A DNA stretch of 32,000 nt from Cylindrospermopsis raciborskii Cr2010 (GCF_003367075.2 NZ_CP065936.1:1440001-1472000), one strand, 5' to 3'; shown: positions 18,169 to 28,182, numbered from the stretch's first letter. Notes: a model not told the origin generated them from the letters alone. Translations and numbers: made by a program.

Positions 18169-19290
18169 TTACACTCCGTCCACGGTCAGCCCTAAATAGT
18201 TGCGAACAATTTTCAAGATTCGCTCTGCTGCATGACCATCTCCAAAAGGGTTAATAGCATTTGCCATTGATAAATATGCTTGCTTATCACTTAACAACTC
18301 ACTAGCAGCAGTTACAATTCTATCTGTTTGTGTTCCTACTAATTTAGCCGTACCCGCTGTTACCGCTTCTGGTCTTTCTGTAGTATCTCTAAGCACTAAC
18401 ACGGGTTTACCAAGACTAGGAGCTTCTTCTTGCAGTCCACCAGAGTCTGTTAACAATAAGTAAGAGCGCCCTATTGCTCCTACTAACTCCGCATAATCTA
18501 ATGGTTCTGTTAAAAAAATCCGGGGGTGTTTACCTAGTATTTGTTGTAATGGCTCTCTAACAGTAGGATTTTTATGTAGTGGTAATAATAAAGCTGTGTC
18601 GGAAAACCGATCTAAAATTTCTAGGAAACCTTGAGCAATTGCTTGCAGTGGTTCCCCCCAATTTTCTCGTCGGTGAACCGTGGCTAAAATAGTTCGATAT
18701 TCTCCCCACTTTAAACCGGGTATATCACAAGCTGGGTTGGCTTTTGCTACGTTCAACAACGCATCAATTACGGTGTTACCAGTCAGGTGGATTTCCCCTA
18801 AAACACCGGAATTCTGTAAATTGGTTACCGCTAAGGAGGTAGGTGCAAAATGTAATTGACTAATTTGGGAAATTAATCTTCTGTTAGCTTCTTCCGGATA
18901 GGGATTAAACAGATCGTCAGTTCTCAACCCCGCTTCCAAATGACCTACCGGAATTTGCTGGTAAAAAGCTCCTAAAGCTGCTGCAAAGGCAGTTGTTGTA
19001 TCTCCCTGAACAATCACTAAGTCTATATTTAGCTTTTTATATAAAGTCTCTAAACCTTGCAAACTCCTACATGTAATATCATTAAGAGACTGTTTAGGCT
19101 GCATAATCTCTAGATCCCAATCCGCTTTCAGGTTAAACAGCACCATTACTTGTGCGACCATTTCCTTATGCTGTCCTGTAAGAATCACTTCTACTTCTAA
19201 GTCCGCAACAGTTTTAAATATCTGAATTACTGGTGCTAGTTTAATTGCTTCAGGACGAGTACCTAAAACAATGCCAATTTTTTTAGTCAT
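18169..19290 (-). CDS. wecB: UDP-N-acetylglucosamine 2-epimerase (non-hydrolysing)
   Basis: 373 aa; GTRPEAIKLAPV, VQGDTTTAFAAA, GHLEAGLRT, PEEANRRLISQ, DSGGLQEEAPSLGKPVLVLRDTTERPEA. Confidence 0.95.
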   Translation of the reverse strand: MTKKIGIVLGTRPEAIKLAPVIQIFKTVADLEVEVILTGQHKEMVAQVMVLFNLKADWDLEIMQPKQSLNDITCRSLQGLETLYKKLNIDLVIVQGDTTTAFAAALGAFYQQIPVGHLEAGLRTDDLFNPYPEEANRRLISQISQLHFAPTSLAVTNLQNSGVLGEIHLTGNTVIDALLNVAKANPACDIPGLKWGEYRTILATVHRRENWGEPLQAIAQGFLEILDRFSDTALLLPLHKNPTVREPLQQILGKHPRIFLTEPLDYAELVGAIGRSYLLLTDSGGLQEEAPSLGKPVLVLRDTTERPEAVTAGTAKLVGTQTDRIVTAASELLSDKQAYLSMANAINPFGDGHAAERILKIVRNYLGLTVDGV

Positions 19291-19392
19291 TACTTATCGA
19301 ATTATTGATCATGAAATAGTACAGCAGCCATAATTCTATCCTAAATCATTCCCATTCGTTAAAACAAAATTTTTTCCCCTCTCTTAAACACG

Positions 19393-19413
19393 AAAAAACC
19401 CGGCTTAACCGGG
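19393..19413 (-). terminator. Rho-independent terminator of the 19572-19943 gene
   Basis: Minus strand CCCGG-TTAAG-CCGGG followed by TTTTTT. Confidence 0.65.
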
Positions 19414-19571
19414 CAGATGGACTGTTTTTTTAAATTTGACCTATCAAGTTGTAGCTCTAACTAAAACTCTATAAACAGAGTTTATGGCTGAAAATGAGAG
19501 TCGGGTAGATGATCGCCTACCCTCCCTACAGGTGGCTACCGCTATTAATTGACATGTCAAACTTATATTAA

Positions 19572-19943
19572 TCATTTGATCTCACAAGTTAAAGGACAAG
19601 AAGCATAAACGGTAGTTTGCACCCTTTCCGCATCACCATATAGCCAACTTAACCACTTAACTTCTTTGGGATGAACACTCTTAGCAGTCAAGACACCTGC
19701 CACGATTAAAACTGACATAACATTGAAAATTACTAAAGTACCTGCTACGAGTAAAACAGCGCTCGCAGGCATAACAGATTGCAAAACAATAGAGAGTAAG
19801 CAACCTACTGTAGCCATAACTACAACTAGTGGAAAACCTACTACTAACAAGCACACTGCTAATGTGAAAGTCCAAATTAAAAAGCTTTTCATCATTAACA
19901 AGGAGTACATCTTCCCTTGATTAGAGCTTTGAGCCACAACCAT
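19572..19943 (-). CDS. Hypothetical small membrane protein
   Basis: 123 aa with several hydrophobic segments (LLVVGFPLVVVMATVGCLLSIVL; AVLLVAGTLVIFNVMSVLIVAGVL), followed by a good terminator. Confidence 0.6.
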   Translation of the reverse strand: MVVAQSSNQGKMYSLLMMKSFLIWTFTLAVCLLVVGFPLVVVMATVGCLLSIVLQSVMPASAVLLVAGTLVIFNVMSVLIVAGVLTAKSVHPKEVKWLSWLYGDAERVQTTVYASCPLTCEIK

Positions 19944-20387
19944 GATCTTTCCTCCTAAAATTACACAGCAAGGTTTAAAGTTGAATTTCAGTTTTGCTCA
20001 ATTCTTGAGATCACTGTTTTCATTCAGTGAAATTCAGTATATAGAACCTGAAGAAAAAGATGAGCATTTCTTTATTAATCTTTACACTTAATTTTTCGTA
20101 ATCATGGATTTGATGCCCAAACCGGGTTTGGTTCACTACTCCTAATTCCCCATATATCCCTGGATATATAACTTTGGGAATAGCAATGCCCATGGATCTT
20201 ACCCAAAATCTGTCTTCTAACTTGCTTAACATTTCTTAATAAAAGTCTCCTTATCTCTCATAATTGAAATGGAAAATAAAAGGCTAGTAGTGACCTATAA
20301 TTTAGGTAACGCGGTTCCACAAAAATAAATGCTCTGCATTGACAGTGACCAGTGTTAATAACAAACAACAGGTATTAACTAAATTTA

Positions 20388-21164
20388 ATGAGTATTTATA
20401 ACTTAGGTACAAATATAGATAAACCATCTTTACCTCAAGTGTTTAAAGGGATTGCCTTGTTTACACCGGGGGGAGATTTAATTTACTGTATTGATCCGAG
20501 TAAACAGAAGCGATGGCATTTGCATTTGTGTGGGGTCTTGCAGGAAATACTGAATCTATCAGAACCTCCCCATTTTTTAGTTCCTTGTTATACAGCTACA
20601 ATTGATCATTGGTTAAATCCACGTACACAAAAAATACAGACATTTGCGGAGGCTTATCCTGCGGTAATGAGCTATCAGCCAGTATTGGGAGCAATTTTTG
20701 GGACAGGAAATGAAGTGTGGCAAAGGTCACCTTGGCGAGAGGATGTATGTGATCCCATGGTAATAGAGAGTTACCGTTCAACCTTTCCCCAATTATGGGA
20801 GGATCACGATTTGATCGTGCGTTTAGATAGTATGTCCATGCCTTATTCACAGAAGCATGTCAATCAAAAACAGATAATACAGAATCATGAAGTTTATGTT
20901 TTACGTTTATTTGTTGCTGGTCATAACATATCCACTGAAAGAATTTTAGAGAAACTACATGAATTATTAGAAGAGTACTTGGGGGTTCCTTACACTCTCA
21001 AGGTAATTGATGTTTTAACACATCCGGAGCAAGCGGAGATAGATCAGGTTTCAGCCACACCCACATTAGTTAAGATTTGGCCCCATCCTGTTCGTCGGAT
21101 AGTTGGTAATTTGGATAATGTGGAAAAGGTGTTACAGACCCTGGGTAAAAAAGATAATTTTTAG
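20388..21164 (+). CDS. KaiB-like domain protein with uncharacterised N-terminal domain
   Basis: 258 aa; C-terminal VYVLRLFVAGHNISTERILEKLHELLEEYLGVPYTLKVIDVLTHPEQAEIDQVSATPTLVKIWPHPVRRIVGNLDNVEKVL matches KaiB/SasA N-domain pattern. Confidence 0.8.
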   Translation: MSIYNLGTNIDKPSLPQVFKGIALFTPGGDLIYCIDPSKQKRWHLHLCGVLQEILNLSEPPHFLVPCYTATIDHWLNPRTQKIQTFAEAYPAVMSYQPVLGAIFGTGNEVWQRSPWREDVCDPMVIESYRSTFPQLWEDHDLIVRLDSMSMPYSQKHVNQKQIIQNHEVYVLRLFVAGHNISTERILEKLHELLEEYLGVPYTLKVIDVLTHPEQAEIDQVSATPTLVKIWPHPVRRIVGNLDNVEKVLQTLGKKDNF

Positions 21165-21242
21165 GAGGGGGAAACCAATCCTTGGCAAATAAGTATTATA
21201 ATGTATAAGTGATATAAACATCTTAACCTATTTAAAACTACA

Positions 21243-22031
21243 GTGAAAAGTATGTATTTTACCTGGCTTGACAGTAACAGTTGGCTATTAGAAATTGGGG
21301 GGTGGCGCATTCTTTTAGATCCCTGGTTGGTAGGAGATTTAACCTTTAATAATGTAGATTGGCTATTCAAAAGTTATCGCCTGCAGGATCGTCCCATACC
21401 AAACAATATAGACTTAATTTTGTTATCTCAAGGTTTGGAAGATCATGCTCATCCACCGACTCTTAAACAGTTGGATAGACATATACCTGTTCTCGGTTCC
21501 CCCCAAGCAGCTAAGGTGGTAGAGAAATTGGGATATTATCAAGTGAAGACTCTCCATCACGGTGAAAGTTTTACCTTAGAGGACACTTTAAAAAATAGCA
21601 CCTTAAAAGACCAATTAGAAATTAAAGCTCTTCCTGGTTCTCCTGTAGGACCCAATGTGAGAGAAAATGGTTATGTGATCCGAAATATATCCAATAATGT
21701 GGGTCTATATTATGAACCACATGGTTATCATTCATCCGCACTTGAAGAATTGAGTCCAGTAGATGTAGTCATCACACCTATAATTAACTTATCTTTGCCT
21801 CTCCTAGGTCCAGTAATTAAAGGTATGAATAGTGCTTTGGAAGTTGCCAAATTGTTAAAACCCCAAATTATGCTCCCTACCGCTGCTGGTGGAGATGTGT
21901 TCTTTGATGGGATATTAAGTAAGGTATTACAAGCAAAGGGGAATGTGGCAGAGTTTAAGGAGTTATTAGAATTAAATAGTTTATCTACACAGGTAATTGA
22001 ACCTAAACCTGGAGAAAGGATTTCCGTTTAG
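21243..22031 (+). CDS. MBL-fold metallo-hydrolase-like protein (UlaG-type)
   Basis: 262 aa; TWLDSNSWLLEIGGWRILLDPWLVGD, DLILLSQGLEDHAHPPTLKQLD, PVLGSPQAAKVV. The canonical HxHxDH motif appears as QGLEDHAH, so activity may be altered. Confidence 0.75.
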   Translation: MKSMYFTWLDSNSWLLEIGGWRILLDPWLVGDLTFNNVDWLFKSYRLQDRPIPNNIDLILLSQGLEDHAHPPTLKQLDRHIPVLGSPQAAKVVEKLGYYQVKTLHHGESFTLEDTLKNSTLKDQLEIKALPGSPVGPNVRENGYVIRNISNNVGLYYEPHGYHSSALEELSPVDVVITPIINLSLPLLGPVIKGMNSALEVAKLLKPQIMLPTAAGGDVFFDGILSKVLQAKGNVAEFKELLELNSLSTQVIEPKPGERISV

Positions 22032-22037
22032 GAGGAT

Positions 22038-23669
22038 ATGGACTGGATTAATTTATTGAGATCCCTACAGTCAGATTTTATTAAAAGATTAAATTCTGGT
22101 TGTTTATTAAATTGTGAAATACCAGGAAGTCATAGTGAATTAACCATTATTTCCGGACAAAGACTGAAATCTCTGAGGGAATTTTGCTGGTCTATGGCGG
22201 AAAAGTATAAGCGTACCTCTACGGTGCGCGATGTGTTTATTAGTAATCTCAAAGGTAAATTAGGTGAAGAAGTAGTTAAAGAAAGATTAGCAGATTTTAT
22301 CACTGAGGTTGATTATGAAAAGCGTTTAGGTGGGGATGGTAAAAGTGATTTTACCGTCACTGCACATCCCTGGATTGGGATAGAAGTTAAATCTCGTCAC
22401 GGGGATTTTGATAAGGTGAGATGGTCTGTGAGTTCCCAAGAGGTAGGAAAAAATGCAGTTATTGTTTGTATTTTAATTCGGGAGGAGGTGACGGAAGCTC
22501 AGTCCGCATATCATCTTTTTTTAGCTGGGTTTCTCCCGACAAAAATGATTAAGTTAAAAACTGGCAGAATCTCGTTTGGTATTGATCAGTTGTTATATGG
22601 TGGAGGTTTATTAGCATATTTAGAAGATTTACCAGCCATGATTAGTAATGGCATTTCTCAAGAGGTAATTTCATCTAATACAAACGGTTTATACAACTCA
22701 CACAATTTACCAGCACCAGATATGGGGAGAGATGTGGTGGAGTTTTATGTGAAATTGGGGGATAAACATTTTGATGATGGTGACTATATTGTGGCAATTA
22801 GTAATTATAGTCAAGCATTACAAAACAATAAAAAAAACAGTTATTACCAAGGGGAACTCCAAGCTGAACTTAATCTCAGCCATAAATATACTGATAATGT
22901 TGGTAATATTGACATTTATGCCTACTATAAACTTGGTTTAGCCTATTATAAATTAGGTGATTATGATATGGCAATTTTCAACTATAACCAGGTAATCAAT
23001 GCCAATGTAAATCATAGCAATGCTTACAATAAAAGAGGTTTAGCCCATTATAAGTCACGTAATTATCACAGCGCCATAGAAGATTTTAGCCAGGCGATTT
23101 CTATTAACCCCGAATTGGCAATTAACTACAAAAATCGAGCCGAAGCTCGTTATTTAATAGGAGATTATCAAGGAGCAACAGAAGACTATAGTCAAGCAGT
23201 TAGTATTCATCCCGATTTGTTAGATCAACCAATATTGGTAGGAGATCTAGGAGAATTGTTTAACATTAAATGCCATGATGAAGTTATTTATAAAAATCGA
23301 GCCGATCATCTCTATCAGCTGGGAGCATACGAAGAAGCACTAGAAAACTATAATCAGGCGATCGCTCTAAATATTAACTATGTAGATGCTTATTATCAAC
23401 GAGGTAAAATCTATTTTAATAAGGGAATATATGAAGCAGCGGTGGATGATTTTAGCATGGTTATCAAAACCCAACCCAACTACGGTGATGCATATTATTA
23501 TAGAGGGAACTGCTGGTTAATTATGGGAAATAAACAGACAGCAAGTGGAGATTTTAAAAAGGCGGCGGATATATATTGGCAAGATGGTAGGTTAGCAGAA
23601 TACAAAGAAACCCAAGCCATGATCTTAGATGTAGAAATCGAACAATCCTTGGATATTCTAGATTTCTGA
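22038..23669 (+). CDS. TPR-repeat protein with N-terminal PD-(D/E)XK nuclease-like domain
   Basis: 543 aa; N-terminal KGKLGEEVVKERL...GDGKSDFTVTAHPWIGIEVKSRHG; C-terminal repeats such as AYNKRGLAHYKSRNYHSAIEDFSQAISINPE. Confidence 0.75.
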   Translation: MDWINLLRSLQSDFIKRLNSGCLLNCEIPGSHSELTIISGQRLKSLREFCWSMAEKYKRTSTVRDVFISNLKGKLGEEVVKERLADFITEVDYEKRLGGDGKSDFTVTAHPWIGIEVKSRHGDFDKVRWSVSSQEVGKNAVIVCILIREEVTEAQSAYHLFLAGFLPTKMIKLKTGRISFGIDQLLYGGGLLAYLEDLPAMISNGISQEVISSNTNGLYNSHNLPAPDMGRDVVEFYVKLGDKHFDDGDYIVAISNYSQALQNNKKNSYYQGELQAELNLSHKYTDNVGNIDIYAYYKLGLAYYKLGDYDMAIFNYNQVINANVNHSNAYNKRGLAHYKSRNYHSAIEDFSQAISINPELAINYKNRAEARYLIGDYQGATEDYSQAVSIHPDLLDQPILVGDLGELFNIKCHDEVIYKNRADHLYQLGAYEEALENYNQAIALNINYVDAYYQRGKIYFNKGIYEAAVDDFSMVIKTQPNYGDAYYYRGNCWLIMGNKQTASGDFKKAADIYWQDGRLAEYKETQAMILDVEIEQSLDILDF

Positions 23670-23754
23670 TGGATTTTTAACAAATTTTTCCACTGGATAA
23701 AAGACTGGAATTTTTTTAAAAACCCCCTTTTTAAAACCTGACCAGTTTCATGAT

Positions 23755-23824
23755 AAGTAGGTGGGTGGAATTAAAGAACGTAGGTTGAGTTTAATACGAA
23801 ACCCAACGCCCCCATGGGTTACCC
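23755..23824. repeat. Dispersed intergenic repeat, copy A
   Basis: GTGGAATTAAAGAACGTAGGTTGAGTTTAATACGAAACCCAACGCCCCCATGGGTTACC, near-identical to the core found three times at 29945-30401. Confidence 0.7.
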
Positions 23825-23946
23825 TACCACTAACCCATCCCACAAATAATTGTCCCTCCCTACTTACTAGCATGATAATATAGCTCAAGTATCCTTATTT
23901 TTAATCTGACCATCAACAACCCACCGCTCTCCAGGAGGGATGAAAT

Positions 23947-25059
23947 ATGATTCCACATCTACAACAATTATTAGCAACTCAAGATTCGGTTATTTCTCAA
24001 CTATTGAGGTTTAACCTATACGGACTCAAGGAAACATTAGGACAGGCTAAAACAGCATATCCCGCAGATCCAGGCTATGATTTATGTTCCCAGGTCATTG
24101 GGGAAATTGATGGTCTTTTACAGTTGAATTCAGTTGGAGAGTTTGAAGATGTTGAACTCGCAATCCATGATTCCACATCTGGTCAATTACTTACAGAATT
24201 AGGGGAAATTTTTAATTCTGATTTAGAGGTCAGGTTTTACTTGGGAGACCAACCCTTACACAGTGATAATGACTGTGATCTCTGGAATGAAATTCACCAC
24301 AAGTTGCTGCGCTTACCAGAAGATTTGGCTACAATCTGGAAAAACCGCTCTCTGGAAATTGCCAAAAAACTGGGTGCCCTGGAAGATTATGTGCATCTTC
24401 GTTATTTACCCTTTGTGCGCGATGAAATTATTTATCCCGGTCTAAATGGCACAATCGTCTCTCCCGGACTCTCTTTGTCTAAAAAAGCTTTGCTCAAATC
24501 AGACCTGGCTCAATTACATAACTCCGATAATTGGCATTTTTTAACCAGTTTCCTCTCCTTATATACTAGTTTCATTGATATCGACCCAGACCTACATCAC
24601 GCCCTAAAAAGTGTCTTTAGCTTTGATATTATCTCTTTTCAATCTCATCCCGAACAAAAGCAATTATATCTGGAATCATTTAGCGATCGCCTGCAACGTC
24701 ACCAAAAACTTAATGATGATTCCAGCAGCATCATCAATTTACGCAGTTGGCTAGATCTAGATGAAGCAATACATTCTCTAGTATTTGTCCCCCCAGCAGA
24801 AAGATATTCCTGGTGGGGAAAACTACAACAAGAATCAAGACGTATACTCAAAAAAATGGCTGATCAAGCTACGAAAGCAGGTAATAACATCAAGATCAAG
24901 CAACTATCAGGACTATATGCTGATATTTGCCAGTACACTAAGGATGATTTACAACTGGAGGATGGGGGAACTCCAGGAGAGGTTCTATCCTGCCTTCGCT
25001 TATACGCAAAAATAAATGAGGAAGAATATCCAGGAAGGGTAATATATAGAGCTTGTTAA
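23947..25059 (+). CDS. Hypothetical protein
   Basis: 370 aa uninterrupted ORF in the same orientation as upstream genes; no recognised motif. Confidence 0.65.
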   Translation: MIPHLQQLLATQDSVISQLLRFNLYGLKETLGQAKTAYPADPGYDLCSQVIGEIDGLLQLNSVGEFEDVELAIHDSTSGQLLTELGEIFNSDLEVRFYLGDQPLHSDNDCDLWNEIHHKLLRLPEDLATIWKNRSLEIAKKLGALEDYVHLRYLPFVRDEIIYPGLNGTIVSPGLSLSKKALLKSDLAQLHNSDNWHFLTSFLSLYTSFIDIDPDLHHALKSVFSFDIISFQSHPEQKQLYLESFSDRLQRHQKLNDDSSSIINLRSWLDLDEAIHSLVFVPPAERYSWWGKLQQESRRILKKMADQATKAGNNIKIKQLSGLYADICQYTKDDLQLEDGGTPGEVLSCLRLYAKINEEEYPGRVIYRAC

Positions 25060-25179
25060 AACAGGGATTTTTAACCCACTCATCCAGTTCTAAAATTCAG
25101 AAGAATGATTTTTTGAGCTTTGAGTGATAAAGACATCAATTCAAAACTCAAAATTTCATTCAACTACATGGCTATGGCT

Positions 25180-25812
25180 TTAAGCCATTTGATTTTCAAT
25201 TGCCCAGCGTGCTAGCTCAGTACGATTATGCAGGTTAGTTTTGCCTAACATATTAGATACATGGCTTTCAACCGTACGTTGACTGACATTTAATTCCTCA
25301 GCAATTTCCCGATTTGCTAAACCCCTAGCCACAAATTGAACTACTTTTAGTTCCGTGGGGGTCAATTGAACATCAAAAGGAACTTGGATGCGAGAACCAG
25401 GTTCCCCTACCTTGGTTTGATGTTCTTTCCAGCGACTGGTTTGCTTGAGTGAGGATTCTACTTGGGCCACAAGTTCTTCCGGTTCAAAGGGTTTGACCAT
25501 ATATACATCAGCTCCCTTATTTAACCCTTTTACCCTGTCCGCACTTTGTCCTTTCGCTGACAGAAAAAGAACGGGTACCCAACTAGTCCGCTCGTTTTGT
25601 CTCACCTGTTCAACAAAGGTATAACCGTCCATTTCTGGCATCATCACATCACAGATGATCATATCGGGAATATCCTGTTCTAAAACACCTAGAGCTGTTC
25701 GCCCATTTTCAGCTGTTAGAACGTCATATCCCCTAAATCCTAGATAGTCTCTGACTAGCAGAATTAAATTAGGATCGTCATCAATCAGTAAAAGTCGTTT
25801 TTGGTCTTTCAT
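25180..25812 (-). CDS. Response regulator with REC and LuxR/NarL-type HTH
   Basis: 210 aa; LLLIDDDPNLILLVRDYL, IICDVMMPEMDGY, MVKPFEPEEL; LTPTELKVVQFVARGLANREIAEELNVSQRTVESHVSNML. Confidence 0.93.
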   Translation of the reverse strand: MKDQKRLLLIDDDPNLILLVRDYLGFRGYDVLTAENGRTALGVLEQDIPDMIICDVMMPEMDGYTFVEQVRQNERTSWVPVLFLSAKGQSADRVKGLNKGADVYMVKPFEPEELVAQVESSLKQTSRWKEHQTKVGEPGSRIQVPFDVQLTPTELKVVQFVARGLANREIAEELNVSQRTVESHVSNMLGKTNLHNRTELARWAIENQMA

Positions 25813-26203
25813 GCTGAATTCTTTTATAGCGTTGGCATTTTTCGCGCTTAGATCCTTCCCGGAATGGGATGGAGGAGCTTCTTTCCACCTAACTCATTCC
25901 TGTTGGTTGTGGTTTGGGAGGGTGGTTGTTACTCCTTACATAATACTAGTAACTTAATGACAAAGGTCTAGTAAGGATACGGAGAGCAAAAGTATTTATA
26001 ATGCGCTATTATATTTTCCTTTGCCAGAAGCGGGTGCAAGAATCTGATTCAATCATTTTGACAAGTTCAGTGTTGAGCTAAAGATGATTTTTACAACCCT
26101 ACCCGCATTTCTATTAGGTTACTATTGCCCATACAATATCCAAGTTTTAGCGTTGAAGTTAAATCACACAAGAAAATAAAATTGGAGAACCGATTTTACA
26201 TTT

Positions 26204-27454
26204 CTATATCTGTTTAACTCTTGCTAAAGGATTCACCTTTAGTGGTTGAACGCCACAACTCCCTATCCTCTCGGCAGTTAACGCCTCTGAGGAATACATT
26301 CTAATTATGTTCAGGCTACTATTGAGGTCTGCATTAATAACCTGACCATTAGCGGATCTAAATAGTCCTCGATGTAATCGTTCCCCCAAGTATTTTTGAT
26401 GTTTTGCTATGGGTTCAAAATCCCAAGCAGAGCACTTGCTGGTATATGCCTCATTAACTGTGATTAGTTCAATCTGTGCTAGTCGGCATTTATGTTTCAG
26501 TATATCAATGAGTCTACTATGGGGTATTGGCATAAAGTTGTGTCTCTTGCTTGTACCCATCCTAGTCTCTTTTTCCCATTCATCGTTCTTTCCCACTACT
26601 AAGGTTTTAATACCATTAGACTTGAGATAATTGATTACGATAGAGGAGGTCTGATGAAGATAGTTATCTAATCGGTTATGATGTTTGGTGGTTATCCCAC
26701 CCAATCTTTGACTAGGTTGACTCTCAGACTGATAGGATCCTATTAGATCCAGCTTTCTGTTGAACAGTCGATTGAGGGATTTTAACGGTTTACCATTCAC
26801 CAATAAAGGTCTAATAGTTGAACTATTAGTTGTTAAGGCAACCAGGTTATTAACTCCTAGGTCTATACCAGCTATAACTCGTGTAGACCTAGTTGTAGGC
26901 TCTTGCACCTCATAAATGAATTTGAGGAGATATGAGCCATTATTCCTGGGAATAATCATGGCTTCTACCAGTTTTCTAGCCTTACCAATGGAATCGTTCA
27001 CATCACCCTCAAATAGACCCTCAAATAACTGGCACATTCCTTGGACCAGGGATGGTTGATCCATGGTTGGACAACCCTGATATACATTGTATACGACAAT
27101 TGGAAAGCGTCCCTTAATTTTGTGTTTGTAATTGGGAATTTTTGGTGGATCCACATATTTAGATGGATTAGCTTGCCAATCTTGCCAAGATCTGATATAA
27201 TTTTTCCACCTTTGTAATACCTGTCTAATGACTGACAAACCTCTGTGAGTAACTGCCATCTCCTGATAAGCTCTGGAACTAAACACTAAGCTATACAGCT
27301 TCCCACTAGAGAGTATCTTGCCTGTTTTAAAGAAAGACTGCCTTAGATAATAGGTACACAAATTGTAGAGACTTTTGGCTCTAAAGCAGATTAAATCACA
27401 TCCCTGCCAATACTTATCATTTTTGTAAATGGGATGCGTTTTAACTAACTGCAT
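26204..27454 (-). mobile_element. tnpB: IS200/IS605-family TnpB (OrfB)-type protein, no tnpA nearby
   Basis: 416 aa; RuvC-like VIAGIDLGVNNLVALTT, KTLVVGKNDEWEKE, NADLNSSLNII (D/E/D retained); region TSKCSAWDFEPIAKHQKYLGERLHRGLFRS replaces the CPxCG zinc finger. Confidence 0.88.
26224..26242 (-). other. Hairpin at 3' end of tnpB, candidate omega-RNA / right-end structure
   Basis: CTAAAGG-TGAAT-CCTTTAG on the minus strand, perfect 7 bp stem, 5 nt loop, inside the last codons of tnpB. Confidence 0.5.
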
Positions 27455-27759
27455 CTAGTTTTCTCCTGCAAGTAGAATGTGGAAATTGACGAAATTTGGT
27501 TGCACCAATAGCCAAAAGTTGGGAACTCCTGTATTGTTACTCATTCAGCGATTCCTTGACTACATTTCTATAACAATTTTCCTCATTTGGAAATAAAGTT
27601 GTTCATATAAAAATATTCACTACTTACGCAACAGAACCAGACAACTAAAATAATTCAGTATTTACGCTTGATTAGCAGGTAATAAATATAGCTAAATACA
27701 GTGTAGAAAGGCAAAAATCTAGTTGATTCCGTTTTCCTCACCTATTGAGAATTTATCTG

Positions 27760-27775
27760 GTTCGGAAAACCGTAC
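27760..27775 (+). promoter_or_regulatory. K-box upstream of groES
   Basis: GTTCGG-AAAA-CCGTAC fits the cyanobacterial K-box pattern GTTCGG-NNAN-CCNNAC. Confidence 0.7.
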
Positions 27776-27786
27776 AGATAAGATTG

Positions 27787-27816
27787 TTGCCATTTGTGGT
27801 CTTTTTTCGGTACATT
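27787..27816 (+). promoter_or_regulatory. Candidate sigma70-type promoter of groESL
   Basis: TTGCCA - 18 bp - TACATT, with the -10 overlapping the CIRCE left arm. Confidence 0.5.
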
Positions 27817-27841
27817 AGCACTCAGGAGTTGAGAGTGCTAA
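27815..27841 (+). promoter_or_regulatory. CIRCE operator (HrcA site) of groESL
   Basis: TTAGCACTC-AGGAGTTGA-GAGTGCTAA, perfect 9 bp inverted repeat with 9 bp spacer. Confidence 0.97.
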
Positions 27842-27870
27842 TCAACGACATTTAAAGATAAGGAAAAAAT

Positions 27871-28182
27871 ATGGCAGCAGTATCTCTAAGCGTATCCACA
27901 GTTAAGCCCCTAGGCGATCGCGTGTTTGTAAAAGTCACAGCAGCTGAAGAAAAGACAGCAGGTGGTTTATATTTGCCCGACACAGCAAAAGAAAAGCCCC
28001 AGGTAGGGGAAGTAGTAGCTTTAGGACCTGGTAAGCGTAATGATGACGGAACCCGTCAAGAAATTGAGCTGAAAGTAGGGGACAAAGTACTATATTCCAA
28101 GTATGCAGGTACAGACATCAAACTGGGTACAGACGAATTTGTACTACTTTCTGAAAAAGACATTCTAGCAGTAGTTGGGTAA
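27871..28182 (+). CDS. groES: Co-chaperonin GroES
   Basis: 103 aa; [35 protein letters not shown]. Confidence 0.97.
   Translation: MAAVSLSVSTVKPLGDRVFVKVTAAEEKTAGGLYLPDTAKEKPQVGEVVALGPGKRNDDGTRQEIELKVGDKVLYSKYAGTDIKLGTDEFVLLSEKDILAVVG

Noticed and set aside
20020-20232. 70-aa reverse ORF between the small membrane protein and KaiB-like gene
   Set aside because: No recognisable motif and an AT-rich tail; cannot be separated from a random ORF without comparative data.
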